Assembly (NCBI GenBank): GCA_946965045.2
Contig: OX337230.1
Span: 3,162,001-3,226,000 of the forward strand
Length of the DNA: 64,000 nucleotides
DNA from: Epithemia pelagica
Lineage: Eukaryota > Protista > Bacillariophyta
Direction: 5' to 3'
Shown here: in pieces, positions 63,192 through 64,000 of the stretch
How positions within the stretch are numbered: the first letter of the stretch is position 1
Layout of the letters: the number at the start of each line of letters is the position of its first letter
Made by a program: the position numbers and the translations under genes
The notes under the pieces: model-generated
Databases searched by the model: none
The model's input: the letters and a program-made list of their open reading frames with translations, nothing else
Told to the model about the DNA's origin: nothing

Positions 63192-63928
63192 TTTTGCCCT
63201 TTGTTCAATAGAATCCGCACCAATCCGACCGTTCAGATTGTTGAAAATGGTCTTCTGGGATAATAGGAGGGAAGAAGCAGCGGCAATCCAGCAATCCAAC
63301 CAGTTTTGGTCGATGGAAATTGATGGGAGAATGAAATGGGTGCACCAACTTGGTGTCTTCGCCCTTTTTCAAACAGAACCACCAATCCAGTCGTTCAGAG
63401 CGTTGAAAATTGTCTTGTGGGATGATTGGAGGGAAGAAATAGTTGCCAAACAGCGATCACATGGTTGGGTTTTCATGGAAACAGAAGAAAATGATTAGTG
63501 GGCATGTAGGAAAACGACAAAACGAACTCTCACTGTTGTCTTGTCGACTTGGCTTACCTTTTTGCCCTTTGTTCAATAGAATCCTCACCAATCCGACCGT
63601 TCAGATCGTTGAAAATGGTCTTCTGGGATAATAGGAGGGAAGAAGCAGCGGCAATCCAGCAATCCAACCAGTTTTGGTCGATGGAAATTGATGGGAGAAT
63701 GAAATGGGTGCACCAACTTGGTGTCTTCGCCCTTTTTCAAACAGAACCACCAATCCAGTCGTTCAGAGCGTTGAAAATTGTCTTGTGGGATGATAGGAGG
63801 GAAGAAATAGTTGCCAAACAGCGATCACATGGTTGGGTTTTCATGGAAACAGAAGAAAATGATTAGTGGGCATATAGGAAAACGACAAAACGAACTCTCA
63901 CTGTTGTCTTGCCGACTTGGCTTACCTA
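63192..63928. repeat. Two near-identical ~368-bp units built from longer (~166-bp) relatives of the 105-bp monomer
   Basis: TTTGCCCTTTGTTCAATAGAATCC recurs 368 bp apart (~63193 and ~63561). AACTTGGTGT spacing 63181 to 63347 is 166 bp. Confidence 0.92.
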
Positions 63929-64000
63929 GCACCTTTCCAATTTGAAAAAGGAAATGATTCTCTTTGTGTTCGCCTGTTTGTTGTAGCTGTTGTTGTTGTT

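Noticed and set aside
61473-63866. Long repeat-protein ORFs on both strands (e.g. 62090-63106, 62351-63223, 61627-62367)
   Set aside because: These follow from a stop-poor unit whose length is divisible by 3. Several frames are open at once and there is no domain signal.
61495-63928. CRISPR-like or repeat-spacer (guide RNA) array
   Set aside because: Whole 105-bp units are near-identical with no unique spacers; it is a satellite, and no Cas-like gene is present.
1-64000. tRNA, rRNA or LTR-retrotransposon genes
   Set aside because: No cloverleaf/T-loop pattern, rRNA signature, RT/integrase motif or long direct terminal repeat recognised; a tRNAscan/Infernal run would be needed to exclude them formally.

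Overview
Eukaryotic nuclear DNA, most likely a pennate diatom. This is inferred from mostly intronless genes, CAA/GTT-rich low-complexity ORFs, one 78-bp GT-AG intron and diatom-type transposases; it is not proven. From left to right: the 3' part of a PIF/Harbinger-type transposase (1-807); a tandem pair of kinase-less STAND NTPase + helical-repeat genes, the first with two frameshifts; a tandem pair of MYND-finger + LRR-like genes, one with a premature stop and one with a frameshift; a CAX Ca2+/H+ exchanger; and a gene with a SnoaL/NTF2-like C-terminus. Six co-oriented minus-strand genes for large disordered proteins lie between 21.8 and 51.7 kb. They are interrupted by three abutting TIR elements (a 1.6-kb element with ~245-bp TIRs and CTAG flanks, a 762-bp MITE, and a 2.95-kb hAT with an exact 8-bp TSD), a Nudix hydrolase, a decayed gene copy and a TA-flanked MITE. 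The right end is transposon-rich. It holds a second copy of the decayed gene (PHD-like in both copies, P-loop-like only here), which carries a fold-back hairpin; a truncated Harbinger joined through a perfect palindrome to a TET/JBP-like 2OG-Fe(II) dioxygenase gene; a co-oriented 1007-aa double-RING gene with a possible degenerate Ulp1 domain; and a 105-bp satellite derived from a ~166-bp monomer. The best candidate for an undescribed system is the TET/JBP + RING/Ulp1 + subterminal-array module, possibly a chromatin-modifier-carrying mobile element. All domain calls come from motif recognition by eye; no searches were run.
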